From assembly GCA_043814095.1 (NCBI GenBank), contig JBDRKI010000107.1:1-37624 (forward strand): a stretch of DNA of 37,624 nucleotides, written 5' to 3'. Under the pieces are notes generated by a model. It did no database searches. It was not told the origin of the DNA and saw only the letters and a program-made list of their open reading frames with translations. The DNA is from Armatimonadota bacterium (GTDB taxonomy: Bacteria > Vulcanimicrobiota > JACPDS01 > JBDRKI01). Below, piece by piece: positions 8,573-18,615 of this stretch; position 1 is the stretch's first letter, and each line of letters begins with the position of its first letter. Made by a program: the position numbers and the translations under genes.

Positions 8573-9883
8573 ATGAATTTTAAAATTAATAAAACAATAA
8601 ATATCATTACAGTTTTTCTCATGTTTGCATTTCTGCTTGTAAATATTTCATATTCGCAGAAAATGCCTTCAAAATTAAAGCTTGCCAACGGCGCTGTAAT
8701 CCTGGTAAAAGAAGATTACAAGATGGACATAGTATCCATAAACATATTATTTAAAGCGGGGTTAAAACAGGAAGAAGCCGACACTTCCGGAGCGACAAAT
8801 ATAGTTAAATCCCTTTTATTTAAGAACAGCGGGATACTTGATCAGCTTGAATACCTGGGCGCCGCTTATACCGTTGAAACCAACCCCGATTTTTTTCAGA
8901 TAAAATGTTTCACCAGCAGGGAAAATTTCTCAAAATGCCTGGATCTTATTTATGAAGGCCTGACTAAACCTGAATTTGCCCCCAAAGATTTAGAAGAAGT
9001 AAAAGCACGGGTACTGGAAGCCCTGAAAGATCCTTATGGCTCATTCGCAACAATTTACGATTATTTCCTCCAGAATTTTTACCAGAACCATCCGTATAAG
9101 CTTATACAGCTCGGGACATCTACCGCCGTAAAAAATATTGACCCTGTTATATTAAACAGCTTTTACGAAAGGTATTTCTCGCCAAACAATATGGTGGTAT
9201 CTGTATGCGGGAATATAAATAAGAGTACGGCATTAAAAGAATTAGGAGATAAATTCTCACAGATGCAGCCCCAAAAACTGGGACCAACAAAAATAGACTG
9301 GGAGCCGCCTTCCAAAGAAAATAAGATCTACCTGGGACTTAAAAGCAGTCTTGCCTGGGTTCTTATAGGATACCCGGCCCCGAGCTTTAAATCACAGGAT
9401 TACCCCGTAATGCTCCTTATAAAGAATTATTTATCGGAAGGCATGAGCTCAAAACTATGGACCGAGATAAGAGAAAAAGAAGGCCTCGCGTATGAGCTCG
9501 GCGGGATATACCCGCAGCTTGAAGGACCGAGCCACCTCGCTATTTACGTCATAACAGAACCGAACGGCTCATGGATAAGTAAAAGAAAAATGTTAAATGA
9601 GGTTGAACTTTTAAAAAAAGTACCGCTTGATTACGGCGAATTAAACGAGGTAAAGGAAAAAACCTTAAACAAGCTTCTCCTTGAACACGAGATGGTAGCT
9701 TCCCAGGCCGAAGATATAGCTCTTGCGGAACTGCTTGAACTGGATTATAGTTTCTATGAAAGATTAAGGAACAGGGTTATTGAGATAACTCCCGATGATA
9801 TTAAACGGGTGGCAAACCAGTATCTTGTAAATCCCACGATTATAACGGCAAAACCCGCTATGTCAATACAGGATTTCTTTTAA
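8573..9883 (+). CDS. M16 peptidase non-catalytic partner subunit, with signal peptide
   Basis: M16 fold features but no HxxEH. C-terminal SKLWTEIREKEGLAY carries the R/Y pair typical of the M16B partner subunit. Confidence 0.88.
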   Translation: MNFKINKTINIITVFLMFAFLLVNISYSQKMPSKLKLANGAVILVKEDYKMDIVSINILFKAGLKQEEADTSGATNIVKSLLFKNSGILDQLEYLGAAYTVETNPDFFQIKCFTSRENFSKCLDLIYEGLTKPEFAPKDLEEVKARVLEALKDPYGSFATIYDYFLQNFYQNHPYKLIQLGTSTAVKNIDPVILNSFYERYFSPNNMVVSVCGNINKSTALKELGDKFSQMQPQKLGPTKIDWEPPSKENKIYLGLKSSLAWVLIGYPAPSFKSQDYPVMLLIKNYLSEGMSSKLWTEIREKEGLAYELGGIYPQLEGPSHLAIYVITEPNGSWISKRKMLNEVELLKKVPLDYGELNEVKEKTLNKLLLEHEMVASQAEDIALAELLELDYSFYERLRNRVIEITPDDIKRVANQYLVNPTIITAKPAMSIQDFF

Positions 9884-9899
9884 AATAAGAGGTTTCATT

Positions 9900-10493
9900 A
9901 TGATCCACGCCATAATAGTCTATATTATAAGGTTTATCCTGAAGGTTTCTTTTGATATTAAAATAATAGGATATGAAAATCTGCCCCAGAAAGAAGGGGT
10001 AATTATTTCCGCGAACCATTCAAGCTTCTGGGACCCTCCCACCATAGGGAGCCTATCAACCAAAAAAGTCAGGTACATGGCCAAAGCGGAGCTGTTCAAA
10101 TTTAAGCCTTTCGGATGGCTCATATCTTTTGTGGGGGCTTTTCCCGTTGAAAGAAAAAGCGCGGATAAGGGAGCTCTGTCAAAAGCTCTGGAGCTTTTAA
10201 AAAACAATCAAATTTTATGTATATTCCCCGAGGGCACGCGGATAAAAGGCGGCAAAAAAAGAAAACCTTTGCCGGGCGCGGCATACCTTTCCGTAAAAGC
10301 GCAGGTTCCTGTGGTACCCGCAGCCATTATTGAGGATAAAAAGATAAAAAGTTTAAAAAGCCGCTGGCCTTTTTTATCAAAAATAACGGTCAATATAGGC
10401 AATCCAATGTATGATTTCAAAAACCCGGACGTAGATCCCAGAGAATACACGGACAAAATTATGGATGAGATAGAAAAACTTAAAACGAGGTAA
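9900..10493 (+). CDS. plsC: 1-acyl-sn-glycerol-3-phosphate acyltransferase
   Basis: NHSSFWD (NHx4D) and IFPEGTR motifs. Confidence 0.9.
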   Translation: MIHAIIVYIIRFILKVSFDIKIIGYENLPQKEGVIISANHSSFWDPPTIGSLSTKKVRYMAKAELFKFKPFGWLISFVGAFPVERKSADKGALSKALELLKNNQILCIFPEGTRIKGGKKRKPLPGAAYLSVKAQVPVVPAAIIEDKKIKSLKSRWPFLSKITVNIGNPMYDFKNPDVDPREYTDKIMDEIEKLKTR

Positions 10494-10495
10494 AA

Positions 10496-11818
10496 ATGCT
10501 TTCTAAAGTAGCTATAGTAGGAAGACCTAATGTAGGCAAATCAACTTTTTTTAACCGCCTTATGGGGAAACGGACCTCCATTGTTGAAGGACAGCCCGAA
10601 ATAACACGCGACCGGGTCCACGGCAAAGCCACCTGGCAGAACAAAAGCTTTACTCTTATAGATACCGGCGGTTTTCTCCCGAAAGACGAGCAGGATATAA
10701 GGAAGCTGGTGGCCGAACAGACCCGCCAGGCAATTGATGAAGCCGACCTTATTTTATTTATGGTTGACGGACGAGAAGGAATAAACTCTCTTGACAGGGA
10801 GATAGCTCTTCTGCTTAAAAAAACAAAAAAGAAAATAATTCTTCTGGCGAACAAACTTGATTCCGTGGAAGATGAAGATAAAATATACGAATTTTACGAA
10901 CTGGGTTTTGACAATATATTTCCCGTATCATCAGAACACGGCCTTAATACGGGAGATGTTCTTGACATAATATGCGACAACATAGAATTCAGCGCTACTG
11001 AAGAATTCAAAGGAATAACAATCGCCATAGTAGGATGCCCTAACGTGGGAAAATCATCTCTTTTTAACGCCCTGCTCGGCCAGAAAAGAAGCATCGTTCA
11101 TAACGTGCCGGGAACGACAAGGGACTCAATAAATACCGAAATCAGGATAGGCAATGATCTTTTCTTGTTTATAGACACCGCGGGCCTGCGTGAAAAAAGA
11201 AAAGTAGTGGAAGATATAGAATATTACGGCAACTTAAGATCAATAGATTCGGCAAGGATTTCCGATGTGGTTCTGCTTGTTACCGATTCGGTAGAGGAGA
11301 TACGCGCCCAGGACAAAAAGATAGCCGCCCTTATAAATAAATACGGCAGGGCCAGCATCATGATATCAAACAAATGGGATCTTATAGAAATAAAATCCAC
11401 AAAAGACGAGATAGCTAAATACAAAAAATTCTATATAGAAAAAGTAATGGAAGAATTAAGCTTTATAAACTATTCTCCTTTAATATTCACTTCAGCGACC
11501 CAGCAGAAAGGCACAAGCGTCATATACAAACTTATAAAAGAAGTTTACGAACAGTTTACTAAAACCATAGAAACACCCAAATTAAACAGATTCCTGCAGA
11601 ATATAACTTCCTTGATGCCGCCGGTATCAGTTAAAGGAAAACACTTTAAAATATATTATGCTTATCAAAGAGGAGCTTCCCCCCCTACCTTTGTATTTAA
11701 ATGCAATAACCCCAAGCTTGCCACGCCTGCATACCTTAAGTTTCTGGAAAAGAAGATAAGGGAAAAATTTGATTTTACCGGAACTCCGATAAAAATGATA
11801 TTAAGAAGAAGCAAGTAG
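10496..11818 (+). CDS. der: Ribosome biogenesis GTPase Der (EngA)
   Basis: Two G domains (GRPNVGKST/DTGG/NKLD and GCPNVGKSS/DTAG/NKWD) plus a KH-like C-terminus. Confidence 0.97.
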   Translation: MLSKVAIVGRPNVGKSTFFNRLMGKRTSIVEGQPEITRDRVHGKATWQNKSFTLIDTGGFLPKDEQDIRKLVAEQTRQAIDEADLILFMVDGREGINSLDREIALLLKKTKKKIILLANKLDSVEDEDKIYEFYELGFDNIFPVSSEHGLNTGDVLDIICDNIEFSATEEFKGITIAIVGCPNVGKSSLFNALLGQKRSIVHNVPGTTRDSINTEIRIGNDLFLFIDTAGLREKRKVVEDIEYYGNLRSIDSARISDVVLLVTDSVEEIRAQDKKIAALINKYGRASIMISNKWDLIEIKSTKDEIAKYKKFYIEKVMEELSFINYSPLIFTSATQQKGTSVIYKLIKEVYEQFTKTIETPKLNRFLQNITSLMPPVSVKGKHFKIYYAYQRGASPPTFVFKCNNPKLATPAYLKFLEKKIREKFDFTGTPIKMILRRSK

Positions 11819-11831
11819 AATAAAGCTGAAT

Positions 11832-12908
11832 TTATTTAAGCGCCGAGACTTCATATTCTTTCACTAAAGTTTCTATGAGTTCTTTAACATGCATGATTCT
11901 ATCAACTCTGTAAGCGTTAGCTCCGGCAAAAACAAATCCCTGATCAATATTGCCGAGTTTAGCGTTGGTTAATGCAATCGCAATACAGTACGGCGCTTCT
12001 TTATAATTACATGTTTTCAAACATGTCCAGGGGCATTTAAACGGCTTTTTAATGCCTGCCGAAACGTCATCGAGAAAAACGTTTCTTATCGCTCTTCCGG
12101 GCAGTCCAACGGGGCTTTCAATTATTGTAAGGTCTTCTTTGGTGCATTTCAGATACGCTTCTTTAAATTTAACAGAAGCGTCGCATTCATAAGTTGCGAC
12201 AAATCTGGTTGCCATCTGAACGCCGCTCGCGCCCATTTTGAGATATTTATATATATCCGCGCCCGTATATATACCGCCGGCGGCGATTACCGAAATCTTT
12301 TTATTAAACTGTTGTTCGTAAGGGTTTAATACAGAGATTACCTGCAATAATATTTTATCCAGTGTATATTCAGGATCATCTATCTGCTCTTTTTTAAAGC
12401 CGAGGTGTCCCCCGGCCAGCGGGCCTTCAACAACTACAGCGTCGGGAACCTGGTTGTAATTTCTTGCCCAGTATTGAAATATTATTTTAGCGGCCCGCGC
12501 CGAAGACACAATAGGGACTAACTTTGTCGCGGATTCTCTCAGTGCGGCGGGAATTTTTAACGGCAGGCCTGCGCCAAGAAATACCAAGTCAGCTCCTTCA
12601 TCCGCCGCAACTAACGCGAGCTCATCCCAGTCCGAAAGAGCCATCATTATATTTACGCCGATAATGCCTTTTGTTTTACCTCTGGCTTTTTTAATTTCAT
12701 TGCGCATTGCTCTTTTATTGGCTTGTTTAAAATTTGCGGCAAAATCAGATTCAAGCATACCGACAGCGGCGGCGGCAATAACACCTATACATCCTTCATT
12801 CGCTACGGCAGACGCTAAACCGGATAAAGATGCGCCGACACCCATACCTCCCTGTATAATCGGGATACGGGCTTCCAAATCACCTATATGTAAAACCGGC
12901 ATATTCAT
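11832..12908 (-). CDS. Nitronate monooxygenase / FabK-like FMN oxidoreductase
   Basis: PIIQGGMGVG, VVEGPLAGGHLG, AAGGI, GVQMATRF and a Cys-rich CPWTCLKTC...YCI segment. Confidence 0.9.
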   Translation of the reverse strand: MNMPVLHIGDLEARIPIIQGGMGVGASLSGLASAVANEGCIGVIAAAAVGMLESDFAANFKQANKRAMRNEIKKARGKTKGIIGVNIMMALSDWDELALVAADEGADLVFLGAGLPLKIPAALRESATKLVPIVSSARAAKIIFQYWARNYNQVPDAVVVEGPLAGGHLGFKKEQIDDPEYTLDKILLQVISVLNPYEQQFNKKISVIAAGGIYTGADIYKYLKMGASGVQMATRFVATYECDASVKFKEAYLKCTKEDLTIIESPVGLPGRAIRNVFLDDVSAGIKKPFKCPWTCLKTCNYKEAPYCIAIALTNAKLGNIDQGFVFAGANAYRVDRIMHVKELIETLVKEYEVSALK

Positions 12909-13124
12909 AAAACTTATCCTTTTTGATTATAAATAAAAATTAAATCCAATGATGATATTATTACTTCTACCTTAAAAAAACAATATCCTCCAAATTTTTT
13001 ATTTTTATAATATATTATACTTCATTGTGTAAATGTTGGCAAAATATTAATTTTTCTTTAAAAAGGAAAAAGATTGTTAAAACAAGAATAAAAGTATAAC
13101 TATATTTTAATCAGGAGAATTAAA

Positions 13125-13757
13125 ATGCCGGTATTAAATGCCGTATTAGTTATTACAGCATCCTATATAATCGGGGCAATACCTTTCGGATTAATAATAG
13201 GTAAAATATTCAAAGGTATAGACATAAGGAAAGAAGGCAGCGGAAATATAGGGGCCGCTAACGCCTTCAGGACTTTAGGGATGGTGCCCGGTTCTCTTGT
13301 TCTGATATTTGATATTTTAAAAGGGGTAGCCGCGGTATATATCGCCTCAACATTTATGCCGGAGAATTACGCGGCGCTTTTTAATGTTATCGCCGGGCTC
13401 GCGGCTATAATAGGCCATAATAATTCTATATTTCTCAATTTTAAGGGTGGTAAAGGGATAGCCACTAGTTTCGGTGTGTTTCTTGCCTTAAACTGGAAAA
13501 TTTCTCTGCTTGTTCTTTTAATTTATATATTAATGCTTTTAATAACAAAATACAGTTCCGTGGGATCTTTATCGGCATCGGCGGCTATGCCTGTATGTAT
13601 GTATGTATTCCGTCAGCCGGTTGAGTATACTGTTTTTGCGCTTCTTGCGGCGATATTCGCTTTCTATAAACATAAAGCTAATATAAAAAGACTTATAAAA
13701 GGTGAAGAATTAAAAGTCTTCGGTAAGAAAAAGGAGGAACCTAATGGCAGAAATTAA
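13125..13757 (+). CDS. plsY: Glycerol-3-phosphate acyltransferase PlsY
   Basis: GSGNIGAANAFR, DILKG, GH...F.GGKGIAT, HKANIKRL motifs; multiple TM helices. Confidence 0.95.
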   Translation: MPVLNAVLVITASYIIGAIPFGLIIGKIFKGIDIRKEGSGNIGAANAFRTLGMVPGSLVLIFDILKGVAAVYIASTFMPENYAALFNVIAGLAAIIGHNNSIFLNFKGGKGIATSFGVFLALNWKISLLVLLIYILMLLITKYSSVGSLSASAAMPVCMYVFRQPVEYTVFALLAAIFAFYKHKANIKRLIKGEELKVFGKKKEEPNGRN

Positions 13758-14841
13758 GACAATTTTAAATAAAATACTTGTGGCGGCAATTAAAAATGAA
13801 GCATCTGACGCTTTTGTAAAAGCCGATCAGATACCCATGCTGAAAATAAATGATGAACTTATCCCGGTTGAGGTGGATAAGTTCACTCCCGAGATGACCG
13901 AACACCTGGCAAAAGAGATTATGCCTTCAAGGCATATGGAAGAATTTGAAACTACCCATGAAGCAAATTTCACTTATGTAATACCGGAGGGAAGGTTCAG
14001 GACAAACGTAATGCTCCAGAGGGGTTATTACGGCTTTGTTTTCAGAAGAATAGAGGAAAAAATACCGGATTTTAAAGCTTTGTACCTTCCGGAAGTACTG
14101 GGAAATTTATCAATGGTTGAAAGAGGATTAATACTTGTTACGGGTCCTACCGGATCGGGTAAATCCACCACCCTGGCTTCAATGATAGAACACAGAAACC
14201 AGAATGCTTCGAACCATATAATAACGATTGAAGATCCTATTGAATACTTCTATAAAGACGATAAATGCCTTATAAACCAGAGAGAAATAGGACAGGATAC
14301 CGTATCTTTCGGCAAAGCTCTGGAAAATGCGGTAAGACAAGCCCCTGATGTGCTTCTTATAGGCGAGATGAGAGACCCTGAGAGCGTGAATGCGGCGGTA
14401 TTTTTTGCTGAAACAGGACATCTGGTGTTAAGCACGCTCCACTCTCTTAATACAACACAAACCGTTGAAAGAATACTTAACTTCTTCACCACGGATGTGC
14501 AGGAACAGATGCTCAAACAATTAGCTTTAACACTGCACTCGATCATTTCACAGCGCTTGATACCCAGAAAAGACGGCAAAGGCCTCATACCGGCCGTGGA
14601 AATCCTTATAATGAACGCCAGGATGAAGGATCTTCTTTCCAAAAACGAACTGGGAACCCTCAAAAGAGAGATAGACCAGTTTATACCAGACGGCATGCAG
14701 TCTTTTGACCACGCGATTCTGGAATTATACAAACAGGATCTTATTACCAAAGACGACGCCATAAGGTTCGCGGATAATTCACATGACATGAAGCTGAGCA
14801 TAAAAACCCTGCCCACATATATTACGGGAGAAAATAAATGA
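13744..14841 (+). CDS. PilT/PilU-family type IV pilus retraction ATPase (PilU-like)
   Basis: Walker A GPTGSGKST, Asp box TIEDPIE, Walker B LIGEMRD, His box AETGHLVLSTLH, GMQSFD. Lacks the PilT AIRNLIRE motif. Confidence 0.9.
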   Translation: MAEIKTILNKILVAAIKNEASDAFVKADQIPMLKINDELIPVEVDKFTPEMTEHLAKEIMPSRHMEEFETTHEANFTYVIPEGRFRTNVMLQRGYYGFVFRRIEEKIPDFKALYLPEVLGNLSMVERGLILVTGPTGSGKSTTLASMIEHRNQNASNHIITIEDPIEYFYKDDKCLINQREIGQDTVSFGKALENAVRQAPDVLLIGEMRDPESVNAAVFFAETGHLVLSTLHSLNTTQTVERILNFFTTDVQEQMLKQLALTLHSIISQRLIPRKDGKGLIPAVEILIMNARMKDLLSKNELGTLKREIDQFIPDGMQSFDHAILELYKQDLITKDDAIRFADNSHDMKLSIKTLPTYITGENK

Positions 14842-15395
14842 AAAAAAATATATACAGGGTTAAAACCGGAAAATTCACGGATAAAGCTCTTATAATATAT
14901 CTCGGTAAGGAAACTCCGGAAGAATATATAATCCCGTGGACTGACATAGAGCTTGTAAGTTTAGGCGTCCTTCACGAAAAACCCCCTTCGGCATCCTCTG
15001 AGATGAGCCCTTTAAGAAAAAAAGTAAGAGAAGTGCTGTTTAAAGAATCAAAACAGGAGCAGAGAATACAACCTGATATAAGAAAACACTATATTATTGA
15101 TATTTTCATTAAAGATACTAAAAACATTTACAGGTTTGACAGCGCTTATATAAATTACAGAGCTTTTCTTGACCAGATAGAATATGTAACCTTAAATAAC
15201 TTTAAAAAATTCTTAATAAAATTAAACAAACACTTAAAAAACGTTAATGTAACGCCTGATATGGAATACTTCATTAACAACCAGATGCATAAAATATTTA
15301 TCTGTGAAAGTATTTTTGATTTTGAAATATATAATACCCAGTATTTAAAAAAACTGCGTTCGGGAGAAATAAAAAGTGACCAAACCGATAGATAA
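14838..15395 (+). CDS. Hypothetical protein
   Basis: 185-aa ORF overlapping both neighbours (ATGA overlap with the ATPase). No recognised motif. Confidence 0.75.
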   Translation: MKKNIYRVKTGKFTDKALIIYLGKETPEEYIIPWTDIELVSLGVLHEKPPSASSEMSPLRKKVREVLFKESKQEQRIQPDIRKHYIIDIFIKDTKNIYRFDSAYINYRAFLDQIEYVTLNNFKKFLIKLNKHLKNVNVTPDMEYFINNQMHKIFICESIFDFEIYNTQYLKKLRSGEIKSDQTDR

Positions 15396-15669
15396 AGACG
15401 AGATAAAAAAGCTGGCTCACCTTGCCCGCCTTCATATAGATGACAGTGAAATTGAAAAATACACATCTCAGATTAACGATATAATGCAGTTCTTTGATGT
15501 ATTAAAAAAAGCCGAGACTGCGGATATCAAAGAGGAATATTCCATACTCTCATCTGTAAACAGGTTCAGGGAAGATAAAGTTTCAAAATCCCAGTCCATA
15601 AAAGATACTTTAAAAAATGCGCCTGATTCTGAAAATAATTTTATAAAAATGCCTAAAATACTGGAGTAA
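15376..15669 (+). CDS. gatC: Asp/Glu-tRNA amidotransferase subunit C
   Basis: IKKLAHLARL...FRED...LKNAP...FIKMPKI; directly upstream of gatA. Confidence 0.93.
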   Translation: MTKPIDKDEIKKLAHLARLHIDDSEIEKYTSQINDIMQFFDVLKKAETADIKEEYSILSSVNRFREDKVSKSQSIKDTLKNAPDSENNFIKMPKILE

Positions 15670-15672
15670 AAT

Positions 15673-17133
15673 GTGACTGAACTTTCAACCCTTACGGCTT
15701 ATGAGCTTCATAATCTGTTAAAAGATAAAAAAGCTACATCCGTTGAAATTACCCAAAGCTGTATTGATAAAATAAATCAAACTGACGGTAAGATCAACGC
15801 ATTTATAACCGTTCTGCCCGAAAAAGCACTGGAGCAGGCAAGATCAGCCGATGAATACATATCAAAAAACAGCAGTTTTAATCCCTTACACGGCATACCT
15901 ATAGCCGTAAAGGATAATATATGCACAAAAGACATAAAAACAACCTGTGCTTCTAATATACTATCTAATTTTGTGCCGACATATGACGCGACTGTTATAA
16001 AAAAGATTAAAGACGCGGGGTGCATTATACTGGGCAAAACAAATTTAGATGAATTCGCCATGGGTTCATCCACGGAAAATTCGGCTTTTTTTACTACTAA
16101 AAACCCTCACGACACCTCTAAAGTGCCTGGAGGCTCATCAGGAGGCTCTGCCGCGTCTTCGGCCTGCAACCAGACAATTATATCTTTGGGTTCGGACACA
16201 GGCGGTTCAGTCCGCCAGCCGGGCGCATTTACCGGCACTTTCGCGCTTAAACCAACTTACGGCGCCGTATCACGCTACGGGCTTGTGGCTTTTGCTTCAT
16301 CATTAGATCAGATAGGTCCCATAACCAAATGCGCGAAAGACGCATCTGTGCTCTTAAATGTAATATCGGGTTTTGACGAAAAAGATTCAACTTCCGTAAA
16401 TACTCCACACCCCGATTACACAAAAGCCTTAAATCAATCAGTAAAAGGCTTAAAGATAGGCATAGATGAAAATCTTTTCAATGAAGGATTAGATACAGCC
16501 GTAAAAAATAAAATTACCGAAGCCGTAAACATATTTAAAGAACTCGGAGCCGAAATAGTAAAAATTAAATTAACGGATCTTAATTATGCGCTTGCGTCTT
16601 ATTACATAATCGCGCCGTCCGAAGCATCATCAAACCTTGCCAGATATGACGGGGCAAGATACGGGATAAGGGATAAAAGCGCCGGTGATATTATCACTAT
16701 GTTTAAAAAATCAAGATATGAAGGCTTCGGGAACGAAGTGAAAAGAAGAATTATGATAGGCACCTACGCTTTAAGCGCCGGTTATTACGAAGCTTATTAT
16801 AAAAAGGCGCAGAAAGTAAGGTTCCTGATTAAAGAATCATATAATAACGCCTTAAAAAACTGCGACCTTATATTAACCCCTACAACCCCTACCCTGCCTT
16901 TTAATATAGGTGAAAAAATTGAAGACCCTTTAAAGATGTATCTTTCCGATATTTATACAATCTCGGTTAATCTTGCGGGACTGCCGGCCGCCTCATTATG
17001 CTGCGGGTATCACGGCAACCTGCCGGTCGGGATGCAGCTTATAGGCAAAAATTTTGACGAGTTCACAATATTAAAAGCCGGAGACGCTTTTGAAAGCGCC
17101 GCCGGCCATTATAAACAACTGCGGAAGCTGTGA
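15673..17133 (+). CDS. gatA: Asp/Glu-tRNA amidotransferase subunit A
   Basis: Amidase signature GKTNLDEFAMGSSTE, PGGSSGGSAA, SDTGGSVRQP; EVKRRIMIGTY. Confidence 0.97.
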   Translation: MTELSTLTAYELHNLLKDKKATSVEITQSCIDKINQTDGKINAFITVLPEKALEQARSADEYISKNSSFNPLHGIPIAVKDNICTKDIKTTCASNILSNFVPTYDATVIKKIKDAGCIILGKTNLDEFAMGSSTENSAFFTTKNPHDTSKVPGGSSGGSAASSACNQTIISLGSDTGGSVRQPGAFTGTFALKPTYGAVSRYGLVAFASSLDQIGPITKCAKDASVLLNVISGFDEKDSTSVNTPHPDYTKALNQSVKGLKIGIDENLFNEGLDTAVKNKITEAVNIFKELGAEIVKIKLTDLNYALASYYIIAPSEASSNLARYDGARYGIRDKSAGDIITMFKKSRYEGFGNEVKRRIMIGTYALSAGYYEAYYKKAQKVRFLIKESYNNALKNCDLILTPTTPTLPFNIGEKIEDPLKMYLSDIYTISVNLAGLPAASLCCGYHGNLPVGMQLIGKNFDEFTILKAGDAFESAAGHYKQLRKL

Positions 17134-17137
17134 GGCA

Positions 17138-17620
17138 TTATTCTTTCTCTTTCAGGAATTTAGATATTGCGGGCCATGCCTCGTTTACGGCAGCCGCCGA
17201 CTGTTCGGCATCATCCTTAAATCCCTGCAGATCCATTAACCTTGCGGAAGAATCTATTCTAACCATAACATAACCGTCGTCCGTGACTATAAATTTACAT
17301 TTATCAAACTGGTTTGATAAATCAACCATCTCTTTATAAAAATCTTTACTTAAATCCACATCTGCGGCTTTGCACATTAAAGACTGGAATATAACAAGAT
17401 CGTTCGCGCAAAAAACAACTGTCCTTATGTTCTTAATATTAACTCCTGTAAATTTTAAAATCCATAAATCCCCGCCTATCTGCTCGTTAAGAATTTCTGA
17501 TTCCTCAATAAATTTCTTAATCTTATCAACATACTGCGGTTTCTCGCCGGCAAACGCCGATACGGCTATAAAAGAAAACAGTATAACAATAACAACAGGT
17601 ATAATCAATTTTTTATTCAT
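17138..17620 (-). CDS. Exported YbjN/CesT-like (type III chaperone-fold) domain protein
   Basis: Signal peptide ending AFA. Pattern FYKEMVDLSNQFDKCKFIVTDDGYVMVR...F..AEQSAAAVNE resembles YbjN; judged by eye. Confidence 0.55.
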   Translation of the reverse strand: MNKKLIIPVVIVILFSFIAVSAFAGEKPQYVDKIKKFIEESEILNEQIGGDLWILKFTGVNIKNIRTVVFCANDLVIFQSLMCKAADVDLSKDFYKEMVDLSNQFDKCKFIVTDDGYVMVRIDSSARLMDLQGFKDDAEQSAAAVNEAWPAISKFLKEKE

Positions 17621-17802
17621 AAATACCTCTATTTTCCTTCTTTTATTTATTTTATATATTAGTTTATATAGTTATTATATTTTTCCTTTTTATAAAAAAA
17701 AATTGTCTAACAAAAAATTAAAAGGATTTTTTAGAAAACTTAAGGAAAAAGATTGAAAGTTATAAAAAAATAAACGACCAAGATAATTTAAAGGAGTAAA
17801 AA

Positions 17803-18462
17803 ATGGCTGTATATTTAGATTCCGCCGACATAGAAGAATTAAAGTCCTTAAAATCTTATCCCTTTGTAAAAGGGGTAACCTGCAACCCTTCCATACTTTC
17901 AAAAACGCTTAATAAAAACAAGATTAAAGCAGGTGACTTATACAATTACCTTGTAAAACTTTCAAAGCACAGCCCCGGCGATATATTTATGCAGACAAAT
18001 TGCACCAGAACCGAAGATATAGTAAAAGAATCTGAAAAGATAAAAAAGCTAATCCCCAAAAGCATAATAAAAATACCTTATACAAGAGACGGGCTTAAAG
18101 CCGTAAATATATTAAAAAAGAAGAAGATAAAAACAGCCGTAACCGCTGTTTTTGACGCTTTCCAGGGCTATATCGCGGCAGAGAGCGGGGCTGATTATGC
18201 GATTCCCTACTGCAATAGAATCACAAGACAGGGTTCGGACGGTGTAAGGGTAAGCAGCCAGATAGCTTATATCATTGAAAAACACAACTTAGAAACACGC
18301 GTTCTTGCGGCTTCCGTAAAATCAGTGAAAGAAACAGAAGACCTGCTTCTGGCGGGCGTTAAAGATATAACTTTAAGCTTTGATATGATTGCCGGCCTTA
18401 CGGAGCATAAATTAAGCGCTGAAGCTGAAGAAAAGTTCCAGAAAAGCATGAAAATTACTTAA
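17803..18462 (+). CDS. Transaldolase-family protein, fructose-6-phosphate aldolase type
   Basis: YLDSA, GVTCNPS, IKIP (Schiff-base Lys), VLAAS. Has Gln (FMQT) and Tyr (IPYCNR) at the FSA-diagnostic positions. Confidence 0.88.
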   Translation: MAVYLDSADIEELKSLKSYPFVKGVTCNPSILSKTLNKNKIKAGDLYNYLVKLSKHSPGDIFMQTNCTRTEDIVKESEKIKKLIPKSIIKIPYTRDGLKAVNILKKKKIKTAVTAVFDAFQGYIAAESGADYAIPYCNRITRQGSDGVRVSSQIAYIIEKHNLETRVLAASVKSVKETEDLLLAGVKDITLSFDMIAGLTEHKLSAEAEEKFQKSMKIT

Positions 18463-18515
18463 TTTTTCATCTTTTCTCTTAAAAAAACATATCTTAAGTA
18501 TAAAATACAGCTTTC

Positions 18516-18544
18516 TTGACATTTACTCTATTTTCCCCTATAAT
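18516..18544 (+). promoter_or_regulatory. Consensus sigma70/sigmaA promoter of rpsU
   Basis: TTGACA (18516-18521)-17 nt-TATAAT (18539-18544). Confidence 0.9.
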
Positions 18545-18615
18545 ATGTAAGATATTTAACAGGGTTATATAAAAGTTATATATTCCCACCTTAACAGGAG
18601 GGGGTGAACTAAGTA

